DNA of 64,000 bases, from assembly GCA_965279315.1 (NCBI GenBank), contig OZ257145.1, forward strand, positions 73,759-137,758, in the 5' to 3' direction. The translations under genes were made by a program, and so were the position numbers. The notes under the pieces were generated by a model that worked only from the letters and a program-made list of their open reading frames with translations, was not told the DNA's origin and made no database searches. Of this stretch, positions 9,081 to 18,399 are shown one piece after another (position 1 is the first letter of the stretch; each line of letters opens with the position of its first letter). This DNA is from Alphaproteobacteria bacterium (lineage in GTDB: Bacteria > Pseudomonadota > Alphaproteobacteria > Micavibrionales > UBA2020).

Positions 9081-11124
9081 GCTGTAACCCTTCGCGCGCG
9101 CGGCGGATCAGCCACGGCGCATCCATCACATCGACCGCATGGCCGGCGGCAAGCGCGCTGCCCAGCGACCGCCATCCCGGCCCCGATCCCGATTCCTGTT
9201 TCAGCGCGACATCGGGCAGCGCATCGACCACCCCCAGCACGCTGTCGAAAATGACGCCCGCCTGCGCATCGCCGTCGCGTATCACCAATACCGGCTGGCG
9301 TTTGCCAGCCGGCGCACAGCCCGGATAGGCGATCAGCGGCAGCAACCCGTCGCGATAAGGTATCACCTGCAACCCGCCCGCGTTTTCAACCGTCGACATG
9401 TCGATGCGTTCAATCCGCGACAGGTATTCCAGCGGCACGGCGCGGTCAGACCCCGCACCCGCGCGGAACAGCAGCGCCGGATGCTTGCGCTCGGCGATAG
9501 CCACAATTTCATCAGCCACCGGTTTGGGCGCAGGCTCGATATTGGCGGCGCGCGCGATGCCGGAGGGGTCCGCGATCAGCACAACGCCGCCGTCGCCCAG
9601 CACGGCATTGCCGGAAAACAGGCGTAACCGCTGCAGCGCGGGCGACAGCGGCTTCACCACGATTTCTTCCGCATTCGCGATGCCGTCGCAAATGATGCCG
9701 AACACCCCGCCCCCGCCCACATGCAGGATCACGACAAAGGGGTTGAGCGCCTTTGCGGCCTGCTCATCCGCGCCAAAGACAGTTTGCAACGATACCAGCG
9801 GCACCATCTGGCCACGGAGCGGCAGGAATTTCGCGCGGTCGATGCGCTGTATTTTATGCACGCCGCCGCGTTTCAGCGCGACGACCTCGCGCACCGCGTT
9901 ACGCGGTATAGCGTATCTTTCGCCATCCGTTTTCACGATCAGCGCGGGGATGATGGCGAGCGTCAGCGGGATGCGCATCGTGACGACCGCACCCTTGCCC
10001 GCGACCGATGCCAGTTCGACCGTACCGCCGATTTTTTCGATATTGGCGCGCACCACATCCATGCCGACGCCGCGCCCCGACAAAGCAGTGACTTCAGCCG
10101 CTGTGCTGAAACCCGGCGCGAAGACCAGCTGCTGCACCTGCGACGCGGTCAGGCTGCGGCCGCGCGTGGCGGGCACAAGGCCGCTTTCAATCGCCTTTTG
10201 CAGGATGACGGATTCATCCAGCCCGCGCCCGTCATCGGACACATCGATCACCACCTGCCCGCCCTCATGCCGCGCGGAGAGCAGGATCGTGCCTTCCGGC
10301 GGTTTGCCCCGCGTGACGCGCGCGGCAGGCTTTTCGATGCCATGGTCGGCGGCGTTGCGCAGCAGGTGCGTCAGCGGGTCGCGGACCAGTTCCAGCACCT
10401 GCCTGTCGATTTCCGTCGTGCCGCCCTGCATCTCCAGCCGTATTTTCTTGCCGAGATCGATCGCCATGTCGCGAACAAGGCGCGGCAGCTTGCCCCATAA
10501 ATTCCCGACCGGCTGCATGCGCGCCTTCAGCATGCTTTGCTGAAGCGCGGAGACGGTCTTGTCAAGCCGTTGCAGCGGCTGGTGCAATTCGCCCCGCATG
10601 TGGGGCAGCAGCTGGTTGCGCGCCAGCACCAGTTCGCCCATCAGCGTCATCATGTCTTCCAGCGTATCGACGCCGATGCGCAATGATTTCGCCGACAGGT
10701 CATCCATCGCCGCGCTGAAGGCGTTCACGGCCTCCGGCATCACTTTGCGCGAGGCGGATTCCGTGTCGAGCAGGTCGATCAGCACGCGGTCGTCGCCCGC
10801 AGGCTCGACGCCCGTCTCCGCGATGCCGCCCACGATGCCCTTGATGCGGTCGAGCGACTGCAGAATAAGCGAGACTGAATTCGTCGTCACCGGCACAGTG
10901 CCTGCGCGGTACTGGCTGAGCACGCTTTCGGCGTGATGCGTGACGTTTTCAAGGCGCGGCAATCCCAAAAATCCGCAATTGCCCTTCACCGTATGCACAA
11001 GGCGGAAGATGCGCCCGATCAGCTCGGCATCATTCGGATTTTTTTCGAGCCGCACAAGGTCGAGGTCAAGCGCGTTCAGCTTTTCCGTCGTGTCGGTCAG
11101 GAATTCCTGCATCAGCTCGTCCAT
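9055..11124 (-). CDS. cheA: Chemotaxis histidine kinase CheA
   Basis: Hpt domain (HTVKGN), dimerisation domain, HATPase domain (DDGRGLD, GRGVGMDVV) and a CheW-like C-terminus. The start is placed at MDELMQEF (ATG at 11124), preceded by AAGGAGG. The longer ORF start at 11151 lacks an SD. Confidence 0.9.
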   Translation of the reverse strand: MDELMQEFLTDTTEKLNALDLDLVRLEKNPNDAELIGRIFRLVHTVKGNCGFLGLPRLENVTHHAESVLSQYRAGTVPVTTNSVSLILQSLDRIKGIVGGIAETGVEPAGDDRVLIDLLDTESASRKVMPEAVNAFSAAMDDLSAKSLRIGVDTLEDMMTLMGELVLARNQLLPHMRGELHQPLQRLDKTVSALQQSMLKARMQPVGNLWGKLPRLVRDMAIDLGKKIRLEMQGGTTEIDRQVLELVRDPLTHLLRNAADHGIEKPAARVTRGKPPEGTILLSARHEGGQVVIDVSDDGRGLDESVILQKAIESGLVPATRGRSLTASQVQQLVFAPGFSTAAEVTALSGRGVGMDVVRANIEKIGGTVELASVAGKGAVVTMRIPLTLAIIPALIVKTDGERYAIPRNAVREVVALKRGGVHKIQRIDRAKFLPLRGQMVPLVSLQTVFGADEQAAKALNPFVVILHVGGGGVFGIICDGIANAEEIVVKPLSPALQRLRLFSGNAVLGDGGVVLIADPSGIARAANIEPAPKPVADEIVAIAERKHPALLFRAGAGSDRAVPLEYLSRIERIDMSTVENAGGLQVIPYRDGLLPLIAYPGCAPAGKRQPVLVIRDGDAQAGVIFDSVLGVVDALPDVALKQESGSGPGWRSLGSALAAGHAVDVMDAPWLIRRAREGLQHDHPDIVI

Positions 11125-11207
11125 GCGGACAGCCTCCTTGTACAGGTACAAGGATGGCGCAGAAGCATTAAGTTTCGATTATGCGGCGCATACCGCCGTA
11201 TGCGAAA

Positions 11208-11729
11208 TCAGCGTTTGGGTTTAAAAACCGCGGGCCGCGGGGCTTTGGTCGGTTTTTCCGTGCGCACGCCCTGCTTTTCGATATGGGCGTTGAAGGCGCG
11301 GCGGCGGCTGATATCGGGGTTTTGCGTCTCGTAACGCTCTTTCAGTTTTACCATCATCTCGTGCTTGAACTTGCCTTCGGCAAAATCAAACGGCGTCTTG
11401 TCGGCATCATTCGCCTGCGCAAGGTTGCCGTTATAAGCGAGGACGGTCGCGGCATTTTGTTCATTGCCGCTGGTCATGGCGAAATGCACCGCCGTATTGC
11501 CGCGCGCGCCTTTCTGGTTGAGGTCTGCACCGTTGACGATCAATTTTTGCACCAGCGCGTGATTGCCCCAGGACATCACGGTCATCAGCGCGGTGCGGTT
11601 CTGATTGTCAGTCAGTTTCAGGTCGGCGCGGCTGGCCAGCCAGTCGACCTGATCCATGTCGGGCTGGGCTTTCTGGACTTCTCTCAGCAATTCCTCGCCA
11701 AAGGCGGTGGCTTGGGGACCTGTCGGCAT
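11208..11729 (-). CDS. Ankyrin-repeat protein, first gene of the che operon
   Basis: ANK repeats (NRTALMTVMSWGNHALVQKLIVNGADLNQKGARGNTAVHFA). ATG at 11729 has a GAGG 5 nt upstream. The upstream ATG at 11756 directly abuts the putative -10 box and is less likely. Confidence 0.7.
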   Translation of the reverse strand: MPTGPQATAFGEELLREVQKAQPDMDQVDWLASRADLKLTDNQNRTALMTVMSWGNHALVQKLIVNGADLNQKGARGNTAVHFAMTSGNEQNAATVLAYNGNLAQANDADKTPFDFAEGKFKHEMMVKLKERYETQNPDISRRRAFNAHIEKQGVRTEKPTKAPRPAVFKPKR

Positions 11730-11756
11730 CGTAACCTCGAAATTCGGGATGGGCAT

Positions 11757-11784
11757 ATTCTAGCGCGCTGGAGAATTATGTCAA
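11757..11784 (-). promoter_or_regulatory. Putative sigma70-type promoter of the ank-cheAWYBR operon
   Basis: On the minus strand: TTGACA, 16 nt, TAGAAT. Confidence 0.35.
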
Positions 11785-11924
11785 TCTCCGGTTGGGTAGT
11801 CCGTTTTCACAATGTTCAATAACCGTTTATTATTTTAATCATAACACAATAATGCGAAAAGCGCAATTTAATCCCCGCAAGGATTTGACCTTGCTGGCGA
11901 ATATCACGCGCGATTTTAAACGGA

Positions 11925-12566
11925 TCAGGAAGTGTGCAGCTGGAATTCCACGCGGCCGAAATCTGCCTGCGATGTCCATGACAGTTTCAGGTCAAAGACT
12001 TGGGCGAATTTTCCGGTGACATAGGCATGGACCGAACGGGGGTCGAGGTCGTCGGCGGCGGTTTCGCCGCGCAGCGCAGCCTCCGCGCCTTCGCGGAAAC
12101 CGGGGTTTTTGCCGGTGACGAGGATTTTAAGGCCCTTGTTACCCTCCAGCGCGGAGACGGCAATTTTGCCTTCGCCGTGGTTACATTCTTCGGCCAGCAC
12201 CAGCAAATTCAGCAGGACCTTGAAAAACCCGCGCGGCGGCATGGAGAATTTCACGCCGAGATCGGGCTCGAATTCGGCCTGGATGCGGCCGGATTTCAAA
12301 AGGTCGGAGAACACGTCGCGGATATCCTTGAACCCGACGTTTTTGTCGGTGCCCGCCGCGCCGTAGGACAGGCGGAACGCTTTCAGGCGGATGGAGGCCT
12401 GCAGCGCGCTGTCGGCGATCAGCTTCATCGCCTCTTCGCCCGCGTCGTCACCCAGCTCCTGCATCAGTTCCACGCCGTTGCTGACTGCGCCCACGGGGCT
12501 GACCAGGTCGTGGCAGATGCGCGATGCGATCAATTCCATCACGCGCGGGCTCAGCAGGACATCCAT
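11925..12566 (-). CDS. chpT: Histidine phosphotransferase ChpT (CckA-to-CtrA/CpdR relay)
   Basis: 213 aa. The N-terminal ELIASRICHDLVSPVGAVSNGVELM is the characteristic ChpT DHp-like histidine motif. A degenerate CA-like C-terminus follows. Confidence 0.7.
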   Translation of the reverse strand: MDVLLSPRVMELIASRICHDLVSPVGAVSNGVELMQELGDDAGEEAMKLIADSALQASIRLKAFRLSYGAAGTDKNVGFKDIRDVFSDLLKSGRIQAEFEPDLGVKFSMPPRGFFKVLLNLLVLAEECNHGEGKIAVSALEGNKGLKILVTGKNPGFREGAEAALRGETAADDLDPRSVHAYVTGKFAQVFDLKLSWTSQADFGRVEFQLHTS

Positions 12567-12588
12567 GATATACCCCTATGTTTCGTTG

Positions 12589-14004
12589 TTAGAACGGCGA
12601 TCCGATGCCGCTTTGTTTCAGCTGGTCGATCAACTGGTTTTTCAAACGCTCCAGCCCTTCGGCGTTAAAGCCTTCGGCGCGGATGGTCAGCGCGTCTTCG
12701 GTGTTCGACGGGCGCATCAGCCACCAGCCGTCGGGCGTCGTCACGCGCACGCCATCGATGTCGATGATTTCCACATCCTTCGCCGCTTCCTGTTTCAGGC
12801 GCGCCTTGATTTCGGGCGCGATGTCGAACTTGCGCTCCGCCGGCACATGGAAGCGGATTTCGGGGGTGTTCTGCATCTTCGGCAGGTGCGCCGTCAGCTC
12901 AGACAGCGACTTGCCGGAATGGCTCAGGATGTTCAGCAGCCGCACGGCATCATAAATCGCATCGTCAAAGCCGTAATATTTATCGGCAAAGCAGATATGT
13001 CCCGCAAGCTCGCCCGCCAGCGGCGCGTTCAATTCGCGCATCTTCTGCTTGATCAGCGAATGGCCGGTGATCCACATCACGGGCTTGCCGCCCAGGCGCG
13101 CGATTTCATCAAATAGCACGCGGCTGCATTTCACATCGGCGATGATGTATGCGCCGGGATGGGTTTTCAAAACTTCCTGCGCATAGACCGCCATCAGCAG
13201 GTCTGCCCACAAAATGCTGCCATCGCCATCGACCGCCCCGATACGATCTGCATCGCCGTCGAAAGCGATGCCCACATCGGCCTTCACATCCTTGACCAGT
13301 TTTTGCAGGTCGACAAGGTTTTTCGCGACTGTCGGATCGGGGTGGTGGTTGGGGAATGTGCCGTCGATTTCGTCGTAAATCAGCGTATGTTTGCCGGGCA
13401 GTTTCTTGACCATGCGGCGCAAAATCTCGCCCGCCGCGCCATTGCCGTTATCCCATGCCACATTCAAATCTTTCGGGCCGTCATAGGCGGCGACCAGACG
13501 GTCCACATAGGTGTCCTGAATATCAATCGTCGTGACAGTGCCCTGCCCCGTTTCGAAATCGCCGTCGGCGACCATCTTGCCGAGTTTCTGGATGTCCGCG
13601 CCAAAGAACGACTGGTCCTTGAACGTCATCTTGATGCCGTTATACGACAGCGGGCTGTGCGAGCCGGTAATTTGAATGGCCGCATCGAGGCCGCGCGACT
13701 TCATCGTGAAATACGCCATCGGCGTCGGGCCAAGGCCAATCGCCTCGACCGTCAGTCCGCAGTCGATCAACCCGCGAATGGCGTTCTCGGCGAATTCGGG
13801 GGAGCTTTCGCGGCCGTCATAACCCACCGCAATCGTCTTGCCGCCCTTGCGCTTCAGGACCGTGCCGAAGCCGCGGCCGATGAAATAGCAGTCATCCGCC
13901 TTGAGCGTGTTGCCCACCGTGCCGCGGATGTCGTATTCGCGCAGGATGCTTTTGTCGAAGATGTGGGTGGCGGCGAAGGTTTTCTGGGCTGTCTGCATGG
14001 TCAA
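12589..14004 (-). CDS. Phosphomannomutase/phosphoglucomutase (alpha-D-phosphohexomutase)
   Basis: Active-site loop TGSHSP, metal loop FDGDADR and the GELAGH motif. 471 aa. Confidence 0.85.
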   Translation of the reverse strand: MTMQTAQKTFAATHIFDKSILREYDIRGTVGNTLKADDCYFIGRGFGTVLKRKGGKTIAVGYDGRESSPEFAENAIRGLIDCGLTVEAIGLGPTPMAYFTMKSRGLDAAIQITGSHSPLSYNGIKMTFKDQSFFGADIQKLGKMVADGDFETGQGTVTTIDIQDTYVDRLVAAYDGPKDLNVAWDNGNGAAGEILRRMVKKLPGKHTLIYDEIDGTFPNHHPDPTVAKNLVDLQKLVKDVKADVGIAFDGDADRIGAVDGDGSILWADLLMAVYAQEVLKTHPGAYIIADVKCSRVLFDEIARLGGKPVMWITGHSLIKQKMRELNAPLAGELAGHICFADKYYGFDDAIYDAVRLLNILSHSGKSLSELTAHLPKMQNTPEIRFHVPAERKFDIAPEIKARLKQEAAKDVEIIDIDGVRVTTPDGWWLMRPSNTEDALTIRAEGFNAEGLERLKNQLIDQLKQSGIGSPF

Positions 14005-14081
14005 TTATTCCGGAAACTAATGTGTTTATAGTGTCATTAGTTTTATCGCACCCCACCCTTCCTCGCAAGCAAACGCGCCCC

Positions 14082-14110
14082 TTACAGTTTTCATATTGCC
14101 ATGGTATATT
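14082..14110 (+). promoter_or_regulatory. Putative promoter for the 14145-17694 operon
   Basis: TTACAG, 17 nt, TATATT, in an AT-rich divergent intergenic region. Confidence 0.3.
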
Positions 14111-14144
14111 ATTTCACTATATTGGAACTCTTAACCAGATTCTA

Positions 14145-14711
14145 ATGGATGCCATGAAGCGCTTGCCCCGCGAAAAAATCAGCGAAGAATTCAACGCATC
14201 GAAACGCGAATTCGCCGACTATGGCGCGAAGTCGGGCTTTGACGTCGCGCTGCAAAACATCAGCACCGCGATCCTTGACCTGAAGGAAGCGGGCATCGAC
14301 GTATCGCTGGAAATTTTCGGCGACGCGTCGGAACAGGCGTTTGATCTGTTCGGCACCACCAGCGTGACCGTGCCGATCAGCGGGATCCTGCGCATCGGGC
14401 CCATCCACCGCCTTTTCGCGCTGGCCACCAAATCCGACAGCAAGAACGTGATGATCATCGGGCTCTCGAATTACGACATCCGCTTCAACGGGCCGGATGC
14501 GAAACTGGCCGATGATGGCGAGCTTTCCGGCAAGGTGCGCAGCATCAATTTCGACCTGAAAAAAGACCCCGACGCATTGGTGAAATTCCAGCAGGAAATC
14601 ATCAACCATGCCGCACGCAATGCGGTGGTGAACGACAACGACACGGCGCAGGTTTTTGACAGCGCGGCCAGTTTGCGCAAATCCGTCCTGCCGCGCCCGA
14701 AAGCATCATGA
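14145..14711 (+). CDS. Hypothetical protein
   Basis: ATG at 14145 (MDAMKRLPREK). The stop overlaps the next gene's start (ATGA). No motif recognised. The upstream part of the ORF (14022-14144) is AT-rich and promoter-like. Confidence 0.5.
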   Translation: MDAMKRLPREKISEEFNASKREFADYGAKSGFDVALQNISTAILDLKEAGIDVSLEIFGDASEQAFDLFGTTSVTVPISGILRIGPIHRLFALATKSDSKNVMIIGLSNYDIRFNGPDAKLADDGELSGKVRSINFDLKKDPDALVKFQQEIINHAARNAVVNDNDTAQVFDSAASLRKSVLPRPKAS

Positions 14712-15619
14712 GCGATTTTTCCGCCTATCTCGCGCCCGAAGGTTTCGTCCACGAATTGGTGGCCGAACTGGGCGACGATGTGGATGACGTGCATGAACGC
14801 CTTGTCATTTCAAAGAAGCCCGCGCGTCGCGTGATCTGGGCGGAAAACAGCTGGCTGAACCCGCAATGGATTGAAGTTTCATCCATCGGCGACGCCGCAA
14901 AAAAACTGAAAAGCCTGCAGCGCAACTGGTGGAATTACGGCTTCGATTTCCACCGCCGTTCCGGCCTCATCACCGAAAAGCTGCCGCATGTAGGGGGCAA
15001 GCCGCTGAAATTCGGCCAGCCGTTGATTACAGCGCCATTAGGATCGTGGACGCTGGTGAAGGAAAACCTGATCCTCGCCTCGCCTTCCTGTTCCGAACCC
15101 GTGCCGAACGGCGCGTATAAATTCGACGAGGACAAGGGCGAGCCCCCCAACCGCGCCTATTTGAAATTGTGGGAGGCGCTGACGCGCGCCGGGAAAATGC
15201 CGGGCAGCGGCGAGACCTGCATCGATTTCGGCTCCGCCCCCGGCGGCTGGACCTGGGTGCTGCATGCGCTGGGCGCGCATGTCATCAGCGTCGACAAAGC
15301 GCCGCTCGCGCCCAATATCGCGAAACTGCCGCGCGTGAAATACATGGAGCAAAGCGCGTTTTCGATTGCGCCGAAGGATATCGGCCCGGTCGACTGGCTG
15401 TTTTCCGATGTCATCTGCTACCCCGAACGCCTGTTCCGGCTGGTGAGCGACTGGCGCGAGGCGGGATATGCGCGCAACTTTGTGACCACCATTAAATTAC
15501 AAGGGGATACCGACTTCAAGGCCATCCAGCCCTTCCTTGACATCGAGGGGTCGTATGCTATCCATTTGTATCACAACAAGCATGAAATAACCTGGTTCAG
15601 TCTGGAGAAACCCGTATGA
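14708..15619 (+). CDS. SAM-dependent RNA 2'-O-methyltransferase, RlmM/FtsJ-like
   Basis: C-terminal Rossmann region CIDFGSAPGGWTWVL..VDKAPL..WLFSDVICYPERL, as in RlmM (YgdE). Confidence 0.6.
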   Translation: MSDFSAYLAPEGFVHELVAELGDDVDDVHERLVISKKPARRVIWAENSWLNPQWIEVSSIGDAAKKLKSLQRNWWNYGFDFHRRSGLITEKLPHVGGKPLKFGQPLITAPLGSWTLVKENLILASPSCSEPVPNGAYKFDEDKGEPPNRAYLKLWEALTRAGKMPGSGETCIDFGSAPGGWTWVLHALGAHVISVDKAPLAPNIAKLPRVKYMEQSAFSIAPKDIGPVDWLFSDVICYPERLFRLVSDWREAGYARNFVTTIKLQGDTDFKAIQPFLDIEGSYAIHLYHNKHEITWFSLEKPV

Positions 15620-17694
15620 GCTACAAAGGCGACGAGCACCTGAAATCCCTCCTCTCCGCGTCCGGCGAAAAACGCTCGGTCGAGGAAGTGAAGGAAACGC
15701 TGCGCGGCATCAACGCCGCCCCCGCCGACCTTGGCGAGCCGCAACGCTGGGCGCGCCTGTTCACGACGAACGACAACGCCGAAACCGTGCAGCAGCTGGC
15801 GCTCTTGAAAGAACACCTCGCCGCGAACCAGAACAATGTGAAGCAGGATAAACTCGCCGATCTGCGCGCCGAAATGGCAAAGCGCGGCGTCGATGGTTTC
15901 TATATCCCCCGCGCCGATGAATTCCAGGGCGAATATGTGCCCGCCCGCGCCGAGCGTCTGGCATGGATCACCGAATTCACAGGTTCCGCCGGTTACGCCG
16001 TGGTGCTGAACGACAAGGCCGGTTTCTTAACCGATGGCCGCTACACGCTGCAATCCCGCGCGCAGGTGGACGACAAATCATTCCAGATCTGCAACGTGTC
16101 GGAAAACCAGCTGCCGATCCCGACCATGTCGCCGGTCGAATGGATTGAAAAGAATTTGCCCGCAGGCGCGCGCTTCGGCGTTGACCCGTGGGTGCATACG
16201 CCCAACGACCTGAAACGCATCAAGGACGCGGTTGAAAAGGCCGGCGGCACGCTGGTGCTGCTGCAGGACAATCCGCTGGACGCGGCATGGAAAGACCAGC
16301 CGCCCGCGCCGCTTGCCCCCGTCGTGCCGCAACCGCTGCAGTTTGCCGGAAAATCCTCCGATGAAAAGCGCAGCGAACTTGCACAGGTGCTGACGGCAAA
16401 AGGCGCGGATGCGATTGCGGTCGCGCTGCCCGAAGAAATTGCATGGCTTCTCAACATCCGTGGCGGCGACGTGCCCTGCACGCCCTTCGCCCTTTCCTAT
16501 GCCATTGCGCACAAGGACGGATCGGTGGACTGGTATATCGACAGCCGCAAGGTGACCGGGGAAACGAAGGCTTGGGTCGGCGCCGATGTGCGCCTGCACC
16601 CGCTGGAAGATTTCGCGGGCGGCATCGAGAGTTTGGCGAAACAGGGGAAAAAGGTCTGGGTCGATCCCGGTTCCTCCCCCGCCAAGCTCGAAGACATCAT
16701 CAAGACGGCGGGCGGCACAAGCATTGCCGAGAAAAGCCCGATCCAATTGATGAAGGCAAAAAAGAACGCGGTGGAGATTCAGGGCACGATCGACGCGCAT
16801 ATCCGCGACGGCGTGGCGGTCACGCGCTTCCTGTCCTCCATCTGCGGTCAGGGTCAGGCGGCGAAGTATGACGAGCTCACCGCCTCCGACCTGCTGCAAT
16901 CCTTCCGCGAACAGGGGCAGAATTTCCGTGGCCTCAGCTTCGACACCATTTCCGGCGCGGGCGGCAACGGCGCGATTGTGCATTACCGTTCATCGCCCGA
17001 AACCAACAAGCCGCTGATGGCAGGGCCGATCTATTTGGTCGACTCGGGCGCGCAATACCTCGACGGCACGACCGACATCACGCGCACCGTCGCGGTCGAT
17101 AATGTGACGGCGGAGATGAAGGAACACAATACCCGCGTACTGAAAGGCCATATCCAGGTCGCCATGTCCGTCTTCCCCGAAGGCACCGTCGGCAAAGTGC
17201 TGGACGACAAGGCACGCGCCGCGCTGAAGGAAGTCGGCCTCGATTACGCGCATGGCACCGGCCATGGCGTGGGCAGCTACCTCTCCGTCCATGAAGGCCC
17301 CGCCGGCATTTCGCCGCGCTCTACCACCGTGCCGTTCGAAGCGGGCATGATTGTCTCCAACGAACCCGGTTTTTACAAGGAAGGCGCGTACGGCATCCGT
17401 ATCGAAAACCTCGTGACCGTGATCTATACGGGCAAGGTGGATGCCGATGGCAAAAAACTGCTCGGCTTCAAAACGCTCACCATGGCGCCCATCGACACCA
17501 ACCTGGTGGAGCCCGCTTTGCTGACGCCCGAAGAACTGAAATGGCTGAACGATTACCACACCGAAGTCCGCAACACGCTGAAAACGCTGCTGGACAAGGT
17601 TGACCCGAAAGCATCCGAGTTTCTGGTGAAAGCCACCCAGCCGATCAGCAAGGGCAACGGGCCTTCGCCGAAGCTGCAGAATTTCTGCCTGTAA
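15616..17694 (+). CDS. Xaa-Pro aminopeptidase (M24B, aminopeptidase P), with an ~80-aa N-terminal extension
   Basis: Pita-bread metal ligands (DSGAQY, DITRT, HGTGHGVGSYLSVHEGP, SNEPGFY, RIEN). The start overlaps the upstream stop by 4 nt. Confidence 0.85.
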   Translation: MSYKGDEHLKSLLSASGEKRSVEEVKETLRGINAAPADLGEPQRWARLFTTNDNAETVQQLALLKEHLAANQNNVKQDKLADLRAEMAKRGVDGFYIPRADEFQGEYVPARAERLAWITEFTGSAGYAVVLNDKAGFLTDGRYTLQSRAQVDDKSFQICNVSENQLPIPTMSPVEWIEKNLPAGARFGVDPWVHTPNDLKRIKDAVEKAGGTLVLLQDNPLDAAWKDQPPAPLAPVVPQPLQFAGKSSDEKRSELAQVLTAKGADAIAVALPEEIAWLLNIRGGDVPCTPFALSYAIAHKDGSVDWYIDSRKVTGETKAWVGADVRLHPLEDFAGGIESLAKQGKKVWVDPGSSPAKLEDIIKTAGGTSIAEKSPIQLMKAKKNAVEIQGTIDAHIRDGVAVTRFLSSICGQGQAAKYDELTASDLLQSFREQGQNFRGLSFDTISGAGGNGAIVHYRSSPETNKPLMAGPIYLVDSGAQYLDGTTDITRTVAVDNVTAEMKEHNTRVLKGHIQVAMSVFPEGTVGKVLDDKARAALKEVGLDYAHGTGHGVGSYLSVHEGPAGISPRSTTVPFEAGMIVSNEPGFYKEGAYGIRIENLVTVIYTGKVDADGKKLLGFKTLTMAPIDTNLVEPALLTPEELKWLNDYHTEVRNTLKTLLDKVDPKASEFLVKATQPISKGNGPSPKLQNFCL

Positions 17695-17719
17695 TTTTTT
17701 TTAGAATGAGCGCCGCTCT

Positions 17720-17766
17720 AATCCCCTCTCCCGCGCTTGCGGGAGAGGGTTAGGGTGAGGGTGCGT
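17720..17766. repeat. REP-like palindromic element (CCCCTCTCCCGC..GCGGGAGAGGG..GGGTGAGGG), left copy
   Basis: Hairpin CCTCTCCCGC-gctt-GCGGGAGAGG plus a GGGTGAGGG tail. An inverted homologous copy lies at 18400-18445. Confidence 0.8.
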
Positions 17767-17787
17767 GTCAGAGCGAAAGGTCTCGGG

Positions 17788-18369
17788 ATGGAAGCACCAG
17801 AAAATAGTCAGGACTTAGAAAGCTATAAAACTTTTGGGCAGTCTGAAAATACCCGTGTCGAATTTGTTCGGCTCATATCTTTTGAGAAAATGAAGCAGAA
17901 TATTGCGAAGATCGCTAAACATCTTCATCTGGAAGAAAAGCATGTTTGTTATGTTTGGGGCGGAGGAGGAAACTCAAAATCCACATATCAAGCCCTGCGT
18001 AAAAATAACGATATCTCCGTAATGTTTGCGCGGAGTTGCATGCCGGGAATTTTCAAGATATTTGGCTCGTTAATACCTAGTCATCAAGGGCTGGTGAAGA
18101 TTAACAAGGCTGACGCGCTTTGGCCTGCGGTGGAAGTAATTTTAGAGGCTGAGATGACTACAATATTTGTTTTCGATAGAAAACTTGAAGCCGGTTTTCT
18201 GGAAGCCGCAAAATCCTACGATTTTCGAAAAACTTCAGACGACAGCTTTGGTGTAAAAGAGGATCTAGGATATTTAATTTATTTCGTGGATGCAGAAAAC
18301 TGGGATGAAGGCGTTGCCGAAGTCGTTTCACTCGGCAAAGACGTGCCGCATGACTTCGTGCTGGAATAA
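17788..18369 (+). CDS. Hypothetical protein encoded in a low-GC insert
   Basis: 193-aa ORF from ATG 17788 (MEAPENSQ). AT-rich codon usage unlike its neighbours. The longer ORF start at 17737 merely translates the REP element (RVRVRVRV). Confidence 0.5.
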   Translation: MEAPENSQDLESYKTFGQSENTRVEFVRLISFEKMKQNIAKIAKHLHLEEKHVCYVWGGGGNSKSTYQALRKNNDISVMFARSCMPGIFKIFGSLIPSHQGLVKINKADALWPAVEVILEAEMTTIFVFDRKLEAGFLEAAKSYDFRKTSDDSFGVKEDLGYLIYFVDAENWDEGVAEVVSLGKDVPHDFVLE

Positions 18370-18399
18370 ATTGGAAGCGAATTTTTAATTGCGCGCCAG

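Noticed and set aside
17737-17787. Longer start for the low-GC ORF, giving the N-terminus MRERVRVRVRAKGLG.
   Set aside because: This part is the translated REP-like element and begins at a non-ATG codon. The ATG at 17788 lies after the repeat and marks the change in composition.
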